Below, piece after piece: positions 45,397 through 55,088 of a stretch of DNA of 59,650 nt. Under the pieces are notes generated by a model. That model was given only the letters and a program-made list of their open reading frames with translations. It was not told the origin of the DNA and made no database searches. A program made the position numbers and the translations under genes. Location of the stretch: NCBI GenBank assembly GCA_036508075.1, contig DATCIA010000098.1, positions 1-59,650 on the forward strand. The letters run 5' to 3'. Source of the DNA: Coriobacteriia bacterium (GTDB lineage: Bacteria > Actinomycetota > Coriobacteriia > Anaerosomatales > PALSA-660). Every line of letters starts with the position of its first letter. The first letter of the stretch is position 1.

Positions 45397-46719
45397 CTAG
45401 CGGACCTCGCCGATCAGGTCATAGCCGAGCGTGTCGACCATCTCGGCCGAGACGATGTCGCCGACCGCACACTCACGGTCGAGGAACACGAAGCCGTCGA
45501 TCTCAGGCGCCTGACCCCGGTGGCGGCCGAACGTGCGACCTTCCTCGTCGACTCCCTCGACGAGCACCTCCAGCGTGCGGCCGACGAGGTCGGCGACGCG
45601 CTCGGTGCCGATCGCGTCGGCAGCGTCGCGCAGGCGCTGGGCGCGCGCGATCCGGGTGCGGTTCGACACCTGGTCGGGCATCTCCGCCGCCGGAGTGCCC
45701 TCTTCAGCGGAGTACGGGAAGACGCCGACGAAGTCGAGGCGCGCGTCGCGCACGAAGTCGAGGAGCTTCTTGGCGTCCTCGCGCGTCTCGCCCGGGAAGC
45801 CGGAGATCAGCGTGGTGCGGAGCGTGACGCCCGGGACGAGGTCACGGATGGCGCCGATGAGGCGCAGGTACTCGGGAGCGTTGCCGCGGCGGCCCATACG
45901 GCGCAGGACCTCGCGCGACGCGTGCTGGAGTGGCATGTCGAGGTAGCGGCACACGACCGGCGAAGAGGTCATCGCCTCGAGCAGGTCCGGAGTGATCTCG
46001 TCGGGCTGCACGTACATGAGCCGAAGCCACGCGAGGCCTTCGACCGCCGAGAGCATGCGCACCAGGTCGGCGAGCGCGGGCGTGTCGGGCAGGTCATGGC
46101 CCCACGAGGAGATGTCCTGGCCGATCAGGATCAGCTCGCGCGCGCCGCCCGCGACCAGCGCACGGGCCTCGGCGACGATGTCGCGGGCGGCACGCGATAC
46201 GTACGGTCCCCGTATCGACGGGATGATGCAGTAGGTACATGCGCGATGGCATCCGTCCGCGACCTGGAGGTAGGCGGACGGCCCGGGAGCCAGTCGTCCC
46301 GGCGCGGAGTGCGCGGGAGGCCGGTCGTCGATCCCCGCGAGCGCGCAGAGCACGCGGGCGAGTTCGCCCTCCTCGGACACGGGGACGAAGGCGTCGACCT
46401 CGGGCATGGCCTGGCTGAGGGCGTCCTTGTAGCGGGACGGCATGCAACCGGTGACGACGAGCGAACGGCCCGCCGACCCGGACTTCCACTCCCCCGCCAC
46501 ATCCAGCACCACGCCGATCGACTCCTCGGTGGCCTCGCGGATGAACGCGCAGGTGTTGACGACGACCATGTCCGCGTCGTCGATGTCGGCGACCAGATCG
46601 AAGCGTCCCGACAACGAGGCGGCCATCCGGTCGGAGTCGACCTCGTTCTTCGGGCAGCCGAGCGTCACGAAGGCCACACGCGGGCGCTTGTGCTCGATGC
46701 CGGGCACGGATGCACCCAC
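45397..46719 (-). CDS. rimO: ribosomal protein S12 methylthiotransferase
   Basis: VAFVTLGCPKNEVDSD, radical-SAM DGCHRACTYCIIP, C-terminal TRAM. Confidence 0.9.
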   Translation of the reverse strand: MGASVPGIEHKRPRVAFVTLGCPKNEVDSDRMAASLSGRFDLVADIDDADMVVVNTCAFIREATEESIGVVLDVAGEWKSGSAGRSLVVTGCMPSRYKDALSQAMPEVDAFVPVSEEGELARVLCALAGIDDRPPAHSAPGRLAPGPSAYLQVADGCHRACTYCIIPSIRGPYVSRAARDIVAEARALVAGGARELILIGQDISSWGHDLPDTPALADLVRMLSAVEGLAWLRLMYVQPDEITPDLLEAMTSSPVVCRYLDMPLQHASREVLRRMGRRGNAPEYLRLIGAIRDLVPGVTLRTTLISGFPGETREDAKKLLDFVRDARLDFVGVFPYSAEEGTPAAEMPDQVSNRTRIARAQRLRDAADAIGTERVADLVGRTLEVLVEGVDEEGRTFGRHRGQAPEIDGFVFLDRECAVGDIVSAEMVDTLGYDLIGEVR

Positions 46720-46721
46720 TC

Positions 46722-47219
46722 CTAGCGGCGGTTCGTGAACTGCAACGGGATCCCGTAGTCCTTGTTCTTCACGAAAGCGATGACATTCTGCAGCTCGTCC
46801 CGGCTCGGCGAGAACACGCGCAACTTGTCGCCCTCGATCTGGACCTTGGCCTTGAACTTCTCGTCGCGGATGTCCTTGTTGATGCGCTTGGCGAGGGTGT
46901 CCTCGATGCCGTTAACGATGGTCGCCGTCATACGGACCCAGCCGCCGCTGGCGGCCTCGGGGGTCCCCCACGTGAGGGCCTTGAGGTCGACGCCACGCTT
47001 GACCATGGCGCTGCCCAGGATGTCGATGACCTGGCGCGCCACGAAGTCGGAGGGGGCCTTCACGAGGATCGTCGCCGCGTGCTTGTCCAGGGTGATCTCG
47101 GACTTGGTGTCCTTGAGGTCGAAGCGCTGGGCGATTTGACGGTCGGCCTGCTGGACGGCGTTGTCGACCTCCTGCATGTCGACTTCGCTCACGATGTCGA
47201 AACTCTCGTCCTTTGCCAT
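46722..47219 (-). CDS. yajQ: YajQ-family (DUF520) nucleotide / cyclic-di-GMP-binding protein
   Basis: 165 aa. SFDIVSEVDMQEVDNAVQQA..RFDLKDT..IT is the canonical YajQ N-terminus. Confidence 0.9.
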   Translation of the reverse strand: MAKDESFDIVSEVDMQEVDNAVQQADRQIAQRFDLKDTKSEITLDKHAATILVKAPSDFVARQVIDILGSAMVKRGVDLKALTWGTPEAASGGWVRMTATIVNGIEDTLAKRINKDIRDEKFKAKVQIEGDKLRVFSPSRDELQNVIAFVKNKDYGIPLQFTNRR

Positions 47220-47274
47220 GGGGGTGCTCCTTTCGACCTCGCGTACCGACCCTCGGGCCGGTACGGGCGAGGGA

Positions 47275-48036
47275 CTATTCGCTCGCGGAGAGGACGACTT
47301 TGGCGTTCGTGGTGGACGGGATCGTGACGGGCTGGCCGTCCCTCGTCACGACGACCGCGTCGGGCTTGCCGACGGTGATCTCGGCCTGCTGCGTGACGAG
47401 CCACTCCTTGCTCTGCCCGTCCTGCATGGTGCCGTTGACGCCGGTGAGCCCGTCGTAGGTGACCTTCACGAACGACGCGAGGCCGGCGCGGACCGACACG
47501 CGGAGCTTGAATCCGCCCGCGGTGGTGACGACCGTGGTCGTGGCGCCGCCGCTGGCCCCCGGGGAGGTGCCGGTCGTCTCAGCACCGGGTGTCGCGGTCG
47601 GGTTGGTGTTCGCTCCGGTGGAGTTCCCACTCACGTAGATGACGACGCATGCGATGAGCACGATGAGGACGCCAACGGCCGCGGCGATGATCCAGACCCG
47701 CTGCGGGATCTCGTGCGCCCGCTCCTTGCGCGGGACGACCGCCTCGGCGGGGATGCCGTCGAGGTACGAAGGACGGCCCCCCTGCCCGGGAATGTGGACC
47801 TGGTCGGCCGTGTCCTTCTTGTACTGCTCGAGCAGCGGCGCGCAGGGGATCTCCAGATAGCGCGCGTAGCTCTGGATGTAGCCCTTGACGTAGGCCGGGC
47901 TGGGCAGCACGTTGAAATCGCCCTGCTCGAGTGCGTCCAGCAGCCGGGAGCGGATCTTCGTCCCCTCGACGACGTCGGCGATGGTCTTGCCCTGCCGACG
48001 GCGTTCGGCGGCGAGTGTCTCTCCGACTGTGGTCAT
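47275..48036 (-). CDS. rodZ: RodZ-like HTH (XRE) membrane protein
   Basis: VGETLAAERRRQGKTIADVVEGTKIR..LEQGDF..LPSPAYVKGYIQSYARYL, single TM, C-terminal beta domain. Confidence 0.8.
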   Translation of the reverse strand: MTTVGETLAAERRRQGKTIADVVEGTKIRSRLLDALEQGDFNVLPSPAYVKGYIQSYARYLEIPCAPLLEQYKKDTADQVHIPGQGGRPSYLDGIPAEAVVPRKERAHEIPQRVWIIAAAVGVLIVLIACVVIYVSGNSTGANTNPTATPGAETTGTSPGASGGATTTVVTTAGGFKLRVSVRAGLASFVKVTYDGLTGVNGTMQDGQSKEWLVTQQAEITVGKPDAVVVTRDGQPVTIPSTTNAKVVLSASE

Positions 48037-48109
48037 GAGGTCAGTCCCTGTGTCTCGGTGCGTGGCGCGCTTCAGGGTGTGATTGTAGCCCAGGTGCGTG
48101 TGGCGGCCG

Positions 48110-50356
48110 TCACCCGTCGTCGCGTGCGTCGTTGCGCTCGAATGCCTTGATGGACTCGAGTTCCTCGATGTCGGCGAGCACCTCGCGCGGTTTGCTGCCG
48201 TCGGGCGGACCGACTATCCCCTTCTGCTCGAGGATGTCCATGATGCGGCCGGCACGTGCGTAACCGACCTTGAGCCGGCGCTGCAGCAGCGAGGTCGAGC
48301 CCATGCGCGAGGTCACGACGATGTCTGCGGCGTCCCAGGTCAGCGGGTCGTCATCGTCGCCGTCCCCGGAGCCGCCACCGGCGGCCGTGGGCTTGAGGTG
48401 CAGGATCTCCTCGTGATACTCCGGTTCGCCCTGCTTCTTGAGATGCTCGACGACCGCGGTGATCTCCTCTTCCGAGACCAGAGCGCCCTGGACGCGCTTG
48501 GGTTTCGCGAGCTGCGGCGTGGAGAGCAGCATGTCGCCCAGTCCGACGAGCTTCTCGGCGCCCGACTGGTCGAGGATGACGCGCGAGTCGATGCCCGAGG
48601 ACACAGCGAAGGCGATGCGGGTTGTGATGTTGGTCTTGATGAGTCCCGTGATGATGTCGGTCGAGGGGCGCTGCGTCGCCACGACCAGGTGGATGCCGGC
48701 CGCGCGCGCGAGCTGCGCGAGCCGGACGATCGAGTCCTCGACCTCGCGAGCGGCGACCATCATGAGGTCGGCAAGCTCGTCGATGACGATCATCAGGTAC
48801 GGCATGGGCTCCATGCCCTCGGGCAGCTTGCCGTCGCGCGACGCGGCGTTGTACTGGGCGATGTTGCGGGCGCCGGCCTTCTGCAGACGCCGCAGGCGGC
48901 TCTCCATCTCGGTGACGGCCCACGCGAGCGCGCTCGCCGCCTCCTTGGACTCGGTGACGACCGGGACGTAGAGGTGCGGGAGGCCGTTGTAGAGCGCGAG
49001 TTCGATGCGCTTGGGGTCGATGAGGATGATGCGGACCTCGTCCGGCGTCGAGCGCATGATCACCGACATCAGCAGCGAGTTGATGCACACGGACTTGCCC
49101 GTGCCGGTCGAGCCGGCGATCAGCAGGTGGGGCATGGCAGCCAGGTCGAGCACTATCCGGTCGCCGCCGACGTCCTTGCCGATGCCCAGCATGATCGGGC
49201 TGGTGTCCGGCGTATTGCCACCGGTCAGGACGTCACCCAGGGTCACCGTCGTGCGGTGCTCGTTCGGGACCTCGATGCCGATGAGCGACTTGCCGGGGAT
49301 CGGGGCCAAGACGCGCACCGTCGGGGTAGCGAGCGCGAGCGCCAGGTCGTCGGAGAGTGCGGTCACGCGGTTGACCTTCACGCCCTTGGCGATCTTGACC
49401 TCGAACAGCGTGACGGTCGGTCCGGCGATCCAGGTCTCGACGTACGCCGGGATGTCGAAGGTGCCCAGCGTGGACTCTATGACCTGGGCAGTGGCCTTGA
49501 GTTCCTTGTCGGAGGCGCGCGACGCGGCGGCGCTCACGGGCGACACCCGCAGCATCGACAGCGACGGCAGTTCGAAGGCGGTGTCCCTGCGTGGCACCGA
49601 CGCCCGGACGACCGGGATCGTGCCACGCGCGGCCTCGGGGTCGGCGCGGCGTGCGTGGGTGGGCACGGGACGGGCCGGCTCCTCGACGTCGAGGTCGGCC
49701 AGCGGCAGGGTCTTGGCGCCGGCCGTGAGTCGCCTGCGCGGCTCGCGCACTTCGCCCTCCGACTCGCCACGGTCGAACACCGCGAGCAGGCTCTCCCACG
49801 CGTCCGCGAGCCGGGCGCCGGTGGCGAGCACGATGCCGATCAGCGTCGCGCCTGCGAGGATGACGTAGGTGATGAGCGTGCCCAGCATGCTGGCGAGCAG
49901 CCACGCGATGGCTCCGCCGACGTACCCGCCGCTGGTGGATCCGGTCCAGAAGTCCGTGGCGCCGACCGGGGTGGCGGTCGAGAACATGGCGATGACCGAC
50001 AAGAACACCAGCGCTAGTCCCGCGCCGATGGCGACCTCGCTCACCTCTCGACGGTCGAAGACCAAGGAGACGGCCCAGACCAGCATCAGAAGCGGCACGG
50101 CGTTGGCACCGACACCCACGAGCGCCACGAGAAGGCTCTTGATCGCGCCGGGCACGGGCGGGACGGGCGGGGCGAACGGCACCCACACGGAGATCGCGAC
50201 GGCGATGGCCACGACGACGAGCGCTATGCCCCAGATGTCACGTGCGACACCCGGGACCGCGGGCTGGGATGAGGCGCGCGAACGCGGTTTGGAGGCCGAG
50301 TAGCCCTTGCCGCGCGAACCTCCGCGCGCTCCCCCCGTGGTGCGCTTGTTCGCCAC
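48110..50356 (-). CDS. ftsK: DNA translocase FtsK/SpoIIIE
   Basis: 748 aa. N-terminal TMs, HLLIAGSTGTGKSV Walker A, C-terminal gamma wHTH. Confidence 0.95.
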   Translation of the reverse strand: MANKRTTGGARGGSRGKGYSASKPRSRASSQPAVPGVARDIWGIALVVVAIAVAISVWVPFAPPVPPVPGAIKSLLVALVGVGANAVPLLMLVWAVSLVFDRREVSEVAIGAGLALVFLSVIAMFSTATPVGATDFWTGSTSGGYVGGAIAWLLASMLGTLITYVILAGATLIGIVLATGARLADAWESLLAVFDRGESEGEVREPRRRLTAGAKTLPLADLDVEEPARPVPTHARRADPEAARGTIPVVRASVPRRDTAFELPSLSMLRVSPVSAAASRASDKELKATAQVIESTLGTFDIPAYVETWIAGPTVTLFEVKIAKGVKVNRVTALSDDLALALATPTVRVLAPIPGKSLIGIEVPNEHRTTVTLGDVLTGGNTPDTSPIMLGIGKDVGGDRIVLDLAAMPHLLIAGSTGTGKSVCINSLLMSVIMRSTPDEVRIILIDPKRIELALYNGLPHLYVPVVTESKEAASALAWAVTEMESRLRRLQKAGARNIAQYNAASRDGKLPEGMEPMPYLMIVIDELADLMMVAAREVEDSIVRLAQLARAAGIHLVVATQRPSTDIITGLIKTNITTRIAFAVSSGIDSRVILDQSGAEKLVGLGDMLLSTPQLAKPKRVQGALVSEEEITAVVEHLKKQGEPEYHEEILHLKPTAAGGGSGDGDDDDPLTWDAADIVVTSRMGSTSLLQRRLKVGYARAGRIMDILEQKGIVGPPDGSKPREVLADIEELESIKAFERNDARDDG

Positions 50357-50474
50357 TTACCCCGTCCTTCATCGGATTCGTGCGGTCGGTCCCCGATCCT
50401 GCCCGCCTCCGGACGTGCGAGCGCGCGGGTGCCCCGTGTCGAGAGTATATCGCGATGCGCTGTCGCGGTCGGTG

Positions 50475-51275
50475 CTACCCGCGGATGAGGAACAACGCGA
50501 TGACGGCGGCGCCGAGCGCCAGGCGATACCACATGAAGATCGCGAAGGTGTGCTTCCGCACATAGTCGAGCATCCAGCGCATCAGCGCGAGCGACGAGAG
50601 CAGGGCCATGGTGAACCCGATGCCCCAATCCACGGAGAGGAGCTGGGAGATCGACGTGTGGCGCAGTCCGAAGACCGCGCCGCCGACGATGATCGGCAGG
50701 GCTGCCATGAACGAATACCGCGCGATCGCCTCACGGGACAGGCCGAGCCAGCGGCCCATGGTCATGGTGGCCCCGGAGCGAGAGACGCCCGGCACGATCG
50801 CCGCGGCCTGCGCCACTCCGATCCACGCTGCGCGCTTCCAAGTCACCTTCTCGAACGGCTCGTTGCGCGGCGCCCAGCGGTCGATCGCCCACAGGAGCAG
50901 GCCGAACCCGATGAGAGTGCATCCGATGAGCCACGGAGCGCGGAACGCCGACTGCACCTTGTCCTCGAGAAGCACGCCGAAGACGGCGCCCGGGACCGAG
51001 GTCACCAGCAGGAAGCCGCCGAGCCGAAGCTCAGCCGGCTGGCGCCGCACGACGCCCCGGGCCAGGGAGACCCAGTCTCCCCACAGCGCGATCAGGATCG
51101 CGACCGCACTCCCTGCGTGAAGGGCGATATCGAACTGCACGCCGTCGAGCACCGGGTAGGCGTGCTGGAAGCCGAACGCCCACGGGATCAGCGTCAGGTG
51201 CGCCGACGAGGAGATCGGCAGGAACTCAGCGAGGCCCTGCACGAGCCCGAGGACGGCAGCCCACACGTGCCCCAC
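50475..51275 (-). CDS. uppP: undecaprenyl-diphosphate phosphatase
   Basis: 266 aa polytopic. GLAEFLPISSSAHL and PGVSRSGATM motifs. Confidence 0.9.
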   Translation of the reverse strand: MGHVWAAVLGLVQGLAEFLPISSSAHLTLIPWAFGFQHAYPVLDGVQFDIALHAGSAVAILIALWGDWVSLARGVVRRQPAELRLGGFLLVTSVPGAVFGVLLEDKVQSAFRAPWLIGCTLIGFGLLLWAIDRWAPRNEPFEKVTWKRAAWIGVAQAAAIVPGVSRSGATMTMGRWLGLSREAIARYSFMAALPIIVGGAVFGLRHTSISQLLSVDWGIGFTMALLSSLALMRWMLDYVRKHTFAIFMWYRLALGAAVIALFLIRG

Positions 51276-51276
51276 G

Positions 51277-52959
51277 CTAGACCTCCATGATGACGGGGAT
51301 GATCATCGGACGCCGGCGCAGCGTCTCCCACACGAACTGTGAGACCGCCTCGCGGACGGCGCGCTGGATGATGCTGTGGTCGGTCACGCCTTCCTTCTCC
51401 ATGCGCTTGAGCGCCTTGTTGATCCGGGCGCGTGCCTGGTCCATCACGGCGTCGGACTCCGCGACGGGCAACCCGCGCATGACCAACTCGGGCTCGCCGA
51501 TGAACTTGCGGGTGCGGCCGTCGATCGCCACGACCACGGTCGCGATGCCGTCCGAGGACAGCTGCTGACGGTCGCGAAGCACGACGTCGCCGACATCGCC
51601 GACGTTCAGCCCGTCCACGTAGACGACGCCCGAGTCCTTGATGTGCTCGGTGACCTTGGCGGAGGTGGCGGTCAGCTCGAGTACGTCGCCGTTCTCTATC
51701 GCGAAGATGTCACGCTCCGCGATGCCGACGGACTCGGCAAGCCGGCTGTGCGCCACGAGATGGCGTGTCTCTCCGTGGACGGGCATGAAGAACCGGGGCT
51801 GCGTCATGACCAGCATCAGCTTCAGCTCCTCGGCCGCGGCGTGGCCGGAGACGTGCACGTCGGCGACGCCCTTGTGGTAGACCTCGGCGCCAGTCTTCGC
51901 CAGTCGGCTGATGACGCGCGACACGGCCTTCTCGTTGCCGGGGATCGGAGACGCCGAGATGATGATCGTGTCGCCCGCGCGCACCGAGATCGTGCGGTGG
52001 TCTCCGTTGGCCATGCGCGTGAGCCCCGAGAGGGGCTCGCCCTGGCTGCCGGTCGAGAGGATCACGATCTTCTCGGGAGGTATGTCTCCGGCGTTGAAGG
52101 CGTCGAGGATGTTCTTGGCGTCGATGTTGAGGAAGCCCAACTCACGCGCGATGCCCGTGTTCTTGATCATGGAACGGCCGGTGACCACGACCTTGCGACC
52201 GGCGTCGACGGCCGCGTCACAGACCATCTGCACGCGGTGGACGTGGCTAGAGAAGGACGCGACGATCACACGCCCCTTGGCTGCGGCGATGATGCGGTGC
52301 AGGGTATCCCCGACCTCGCGCTCGGGACGCGTATAGCCGCGGTTCTCCGCCCCTGTCGAGTCGGAGAGCAGCAGCAGCACGCCGTCACGCCCGGCCTTCG
52401 TCAGCGCTGCGAAGTCCGTACCGCGGCCGTCGATCGGCGTCTGGTCGAACTTGAAGTCGCCGGTGTGCAGGACGTTTCCGACCGGTGTGCGGATCAGCAA
52501 CGCCAGCGAGTCCGGAATCGAGTGATTGGTGGCGATGAAGTCGAAGCCGAACGCGCCGAGGGTCACGTGCATGCCCGGCTTGACCACGCGGAGCTTGGCC
52601 TTCTTGATGTTGAACTCGGCGAGCTTACCCTCGATCAGTCCGCAGGTGAGCTTCGATCCGAGTACCGGGACGGGCGTTCCCAGATCGCGCAGCAGGTAGG
52701 GCAGCGCGCCCGTGTGGTCCTCATGGCCGTGGGTGATGACGATGCCGCGCAGCCGTTCCCTGTTCTTGAGGATGTAGGAGTAGTCTGGCAACACGAGGTC
52801 CACACCCGGGAGCTCGGCGTCGGGGAACATCAACCCGGCGTCGACGACGACCATGTCGTCGCCGTACTCGAGCACCGTCATGTTCTTGCCGATCTCGTCC
52901 AGCCCGCCCAGCGGGATGACGCGCAGCACGTTCTTGTTCTTCGCCTTGCCTCTTGTCAT
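51277..52959 (-). CDS. rnj: ribonuclease J
   Basis: ORF trimmed to ATG 52959. LRVIPLGGLDEIGKNM, metallo-beta-lactamase HGHEDHTG, beta-CASP. Confidence 0.95.
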   Translation of the reverse strand: MTRGKAKNKNVLRVIPLGGLDEIGKNMTVLEYGDDMVVVDAGLMFPDAELPGVDLVLPDYSYILKNRERLRGIVITHGHEDHTGALPYLLRDLGTPVPVLGSKLTCGLIEGKLAEFNIKKAKLRVVKPGMHVTLGAFGFDFIATNHSIPDSLALLIRTPVGNVLHTGDFKFDQTPIDGRGTDFAALTKAGRDGVLLLLSDSTGAENRGYTRPEREVGDTLHRIIAAAKGRVIVASFSSHVHRVQMVCDAAVDAGRKVVVTGRSMIKNTGIARELGFLNIDAKNILDAFNAGDIPPEKIVILSTGSQGEPLSGLTRMANGDHRTISVRAGDTIIISASPIPGNEKAVSRVISRLAKTGAEVYHKGVADVHVSGHAAAEELKLMLVMTQPRFFMPVHGETRHLVAHSRLAESVGIAERDIFAIENGDVLELTATSAKVTEHIKDSGVVYVDGLNVGDVGDVVLRDRQQLSSDGIATVVVAIDGRTRKFIGEPELVMRGLPVAESDAVMDQARARINKALKRMEKEGVTDHSIIQRAVREAVSQFVWETLRRRPMIIPVIMEV

Positions 52960-53052
52960 GGGTTCTTCTTCCGGACGACACGAAGGTCGCCGATCGGTGG
53001 AGCGGTCCTGAGGCGGGGCAACCTTCACCTCGCGCCGGGCGCCGCCGTGGGT

Positions 53053-53943
53053 CTAGAGCAGACCGAGATGCTCGAGCACGCGCCCGAGTTCGGCCGACTG
53101 TTCTGGGGTGGGGGGAACGAGCGGCAAGCGGCACGTTCCGACGGGGAAGCCGCACTGTGCGAGCGCGTCCTTGACCATGATCGGGTTCGCGGTCATGAAC
53201 AGCGACTTGAACAGCGGCAGCAGGTGGAGATGCAGCGAGAGCGCGCGGGTGTGGTCGCCGGAAGCGTGCGCCTCGACCATCTCGCGCGTCTGCGGGCCGG
53301 CGACGTGGCTTGCCACGGAGATCACGCCGGTGCAGCCCACGCCCATCATGGGCAGGGTCATCTCGTCGTCACCGGAGAGGACCTCGAAGCCCTCGGGGGC
53401 TCCCTGGACGATGCGGGCGATCTGGGCCAGGTCACCGGAGGCTTCCTTGACCCCGACGATGTTCTCGACGTCGTTCGCGAGACGCAGGGTGGTCTCCGCG
53501 GTCATGTTGACGACGCAGCGCCCCGGGATGTTGTAGAGCAGCACCGGGACGTCGACCGCCTCCGCGATGGACCGGAAGTGCCGGTAGATGCCCTCCTGTG
53601 GAGGCTTGTTGTAGTACGGGACGACGCACATGATCGCGTCCACCCCGAGCGAGGTCGCCTTGCGGGCGAACTCGACGGAGTCGGCGGTGCAGTTGTCACC
53701 GACGTTGGCGATGACCGGCGCGCGGTCGCCCACCGTGTCGAGCACCGCGCGGAAGAGCTCGAGCTTCTGGTCGTAGAAGACCGTCGGCGACTCGCCGGTG
53801 GTGCCGCAGACGACGAGCGCCTCGCTTCCCTCGTCGAGCAGGCGCGACGCAAGCGCGCCTGCTCGCGGGAGATCGAGCTCGAGATCGGGGGTGAAGGGTG
53901 TCACCATCGCGGTGAGCAGGCGCCCGAACCGGGGATTCGCCAT
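53053..53943 (-). CDS. dapA: 4-hydroxy-tetrahydrodipicolinate synthase
   Basis: ORF trimmed to ATG 53943. TAMVTPF, VVCGTTGESP, YNIP. Confidence 0.95.
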   Translation of the reverse strand: MANPRFGRLLTAMVTPFTPDLELDLPRAGALASRLLDEGSEALVVCGTTGESPTVFYDQKLELFRAVLDTVGDRAPVIANVGDNCTADSVEFARKATSLGVDAIMCVVPYYNKPPQEGIYRHFRSIAEAVDVPVLLYNIPGRCVVNMTAETTLRLANDVENIVGVKEASGDLAQIARIVQGAPEGFEVLSGDDEMTLPMMGVGCTGVISVASHVAGPQTREMVEAHASGDHTRALSLHLHLLPLFKSLFMTANPIMVKDALAQCGFPVGTCRLPLVPPTPEQSAELGRVLEHLGLL

Positions 53944-54098
53944 GGTATGTGCCTCGTTCTCGCGGGGTCGGTTCTCGGGCGCGCTGTCGGGCCCGCAGTG
54001 TTGGTGCGCTCGTTCGGTGCTCCCATTGTGCCACAGGGCGCACACATACACGCCCTGTCGGGCGACGGCGTAACCATGGCGTCAACCTCGCGAGGCTG

Positions 54099-55049
54099 CT
54101 AGCGCCCCACGATCAACGGGCGGGCCTGCAACAGCCACGTCGTGCCCGAGGCCCTCGCCCACTCGACGCACGCGGGGCCGTGGGTGAGGCTCTCGACGTT
54201 CAGCGCGAGTGCGGCGACCTCGCGCACCTCGTAGGGCGTGAGGCTGGCCGCGGCCGCCTGGTCGGGCGGTACCATCCGCTGCACCACGCGCCCACTCTCG
54301 TCGATGACGAGGTGGACAGGCTTGGTCTGAACGTCCGTAGCGGTGACCGTGAGGCCGTCGCGCTTCAAGGAGAAACGATCCGGCTTGACCTTGCCTGCTA
54401 CGATCGCCTCGCCCAGGCCGTAGCAGCTCTCCACGACGATCCGGTCGCGATCGCCGGTCGCCGGGTCCGCGGTGAACACCACTCCGGAGGAGTGCGCAGG
54501 CACGAGGTGCTGCAAGACGACCGCCACGGCGACATCGGCATCCGCCAGGCCGGCGGTCTCACGGTCGCGCCACGACAGGTCGCCCCACAGCGAAGTCCAG
54601 CAGTGCGTGATGGCGTGAAGGGCCTCGTGGAAGCCCGGCACGAAGTAGGTGCCGTGACGACCGACAAGGGGCCCGGTGACCATGTCGGGTGCGGTGACCG
54701 AAGACCGGACCGACACCGGACCGGTGCCCATCTCGTCGAAACGCGCGCGTACCTCCTCGACGAGCTCAGCGTCGAGCGGAGTGTGGATGACCGACGAGCG
54801 TATGCGCTGGAGGATCGGGGTGAGCGTGACCGCGGGAGCGGACTCCGGCACGCCGCGCAGGATGGCCACGAGGGACGCGACGCCCGCGCGTTCAGCGTGC
54901 TCGCGGTAGGCGTCCGCGGGGATGCAGAAGCCTTCAGGTACGGGGAAACCCGCCACAGACAGCTCGGCCAACGACTGCGCCTTCGTGCCGTACAGTCCCG
55001 GATCGCCAGCCTCGCGGATCGGGGCGACGCTCATACCTGTCGCGGCCAT
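54099..55049 (-). CDS. stand-alone PEP/pyruvate-binding (PPDK_N, ATP-grasp) domain protein
   Basis: 316 aa. YGTKAQSLAEL..GFPVPEGFCIP..VSVRSS..VVLQHLV..SGVVFTADP..CYGLGEAIVAGKVKPD..VEWA..LLQARP matches only the N-terminal nucleotide-binding domain of PEP synthase/PPDK. No swivel-His or PEP domain. Confidence 0.8.
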   Translation of the reverse strand: MAATGMSVAPIREAGDPGLYGTKAQSLAELSVAGFPVPEGFCIPADAYREHAERAGVASLVAILRGVPESAPAVTLTPILQRIRSSVIHTPLDAELVEEVRARFDEMGTGPVSVRSSVTAPDMVTGPLVGRHGTYFVPGFHEALHAITHCWTSLWGDLSWRDRETAGLADADVAVAVVLQHLVPAHSSGVVFTADPATGDRDRIVVESCYGLGEAIVAGKVKPDRFSLKRDGLTVTATDVQTKPVHLVIDESGRVVQRMVPPDQAAAASLTPYEVREVAALALNVESLTHGPACVEWARASGTTWLLQARPLIVGR

Positions 55050-55088
55050 GCCTCGACCTTCCTCTCATCGCCGTGCGATGACTACATA

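Noticed and set aside
53944-54098. Lysine riboswitch (L-box) upstream of dapA.
   Set aside because: The spacer of about 155 nt lacks the conserved AGAGGCGC / GGGG / five-helix junction elements. It contains only a 7-bp hairpin CAGGGCG-N10-CGCCCUG and a CACAAT -10-like hexamer.
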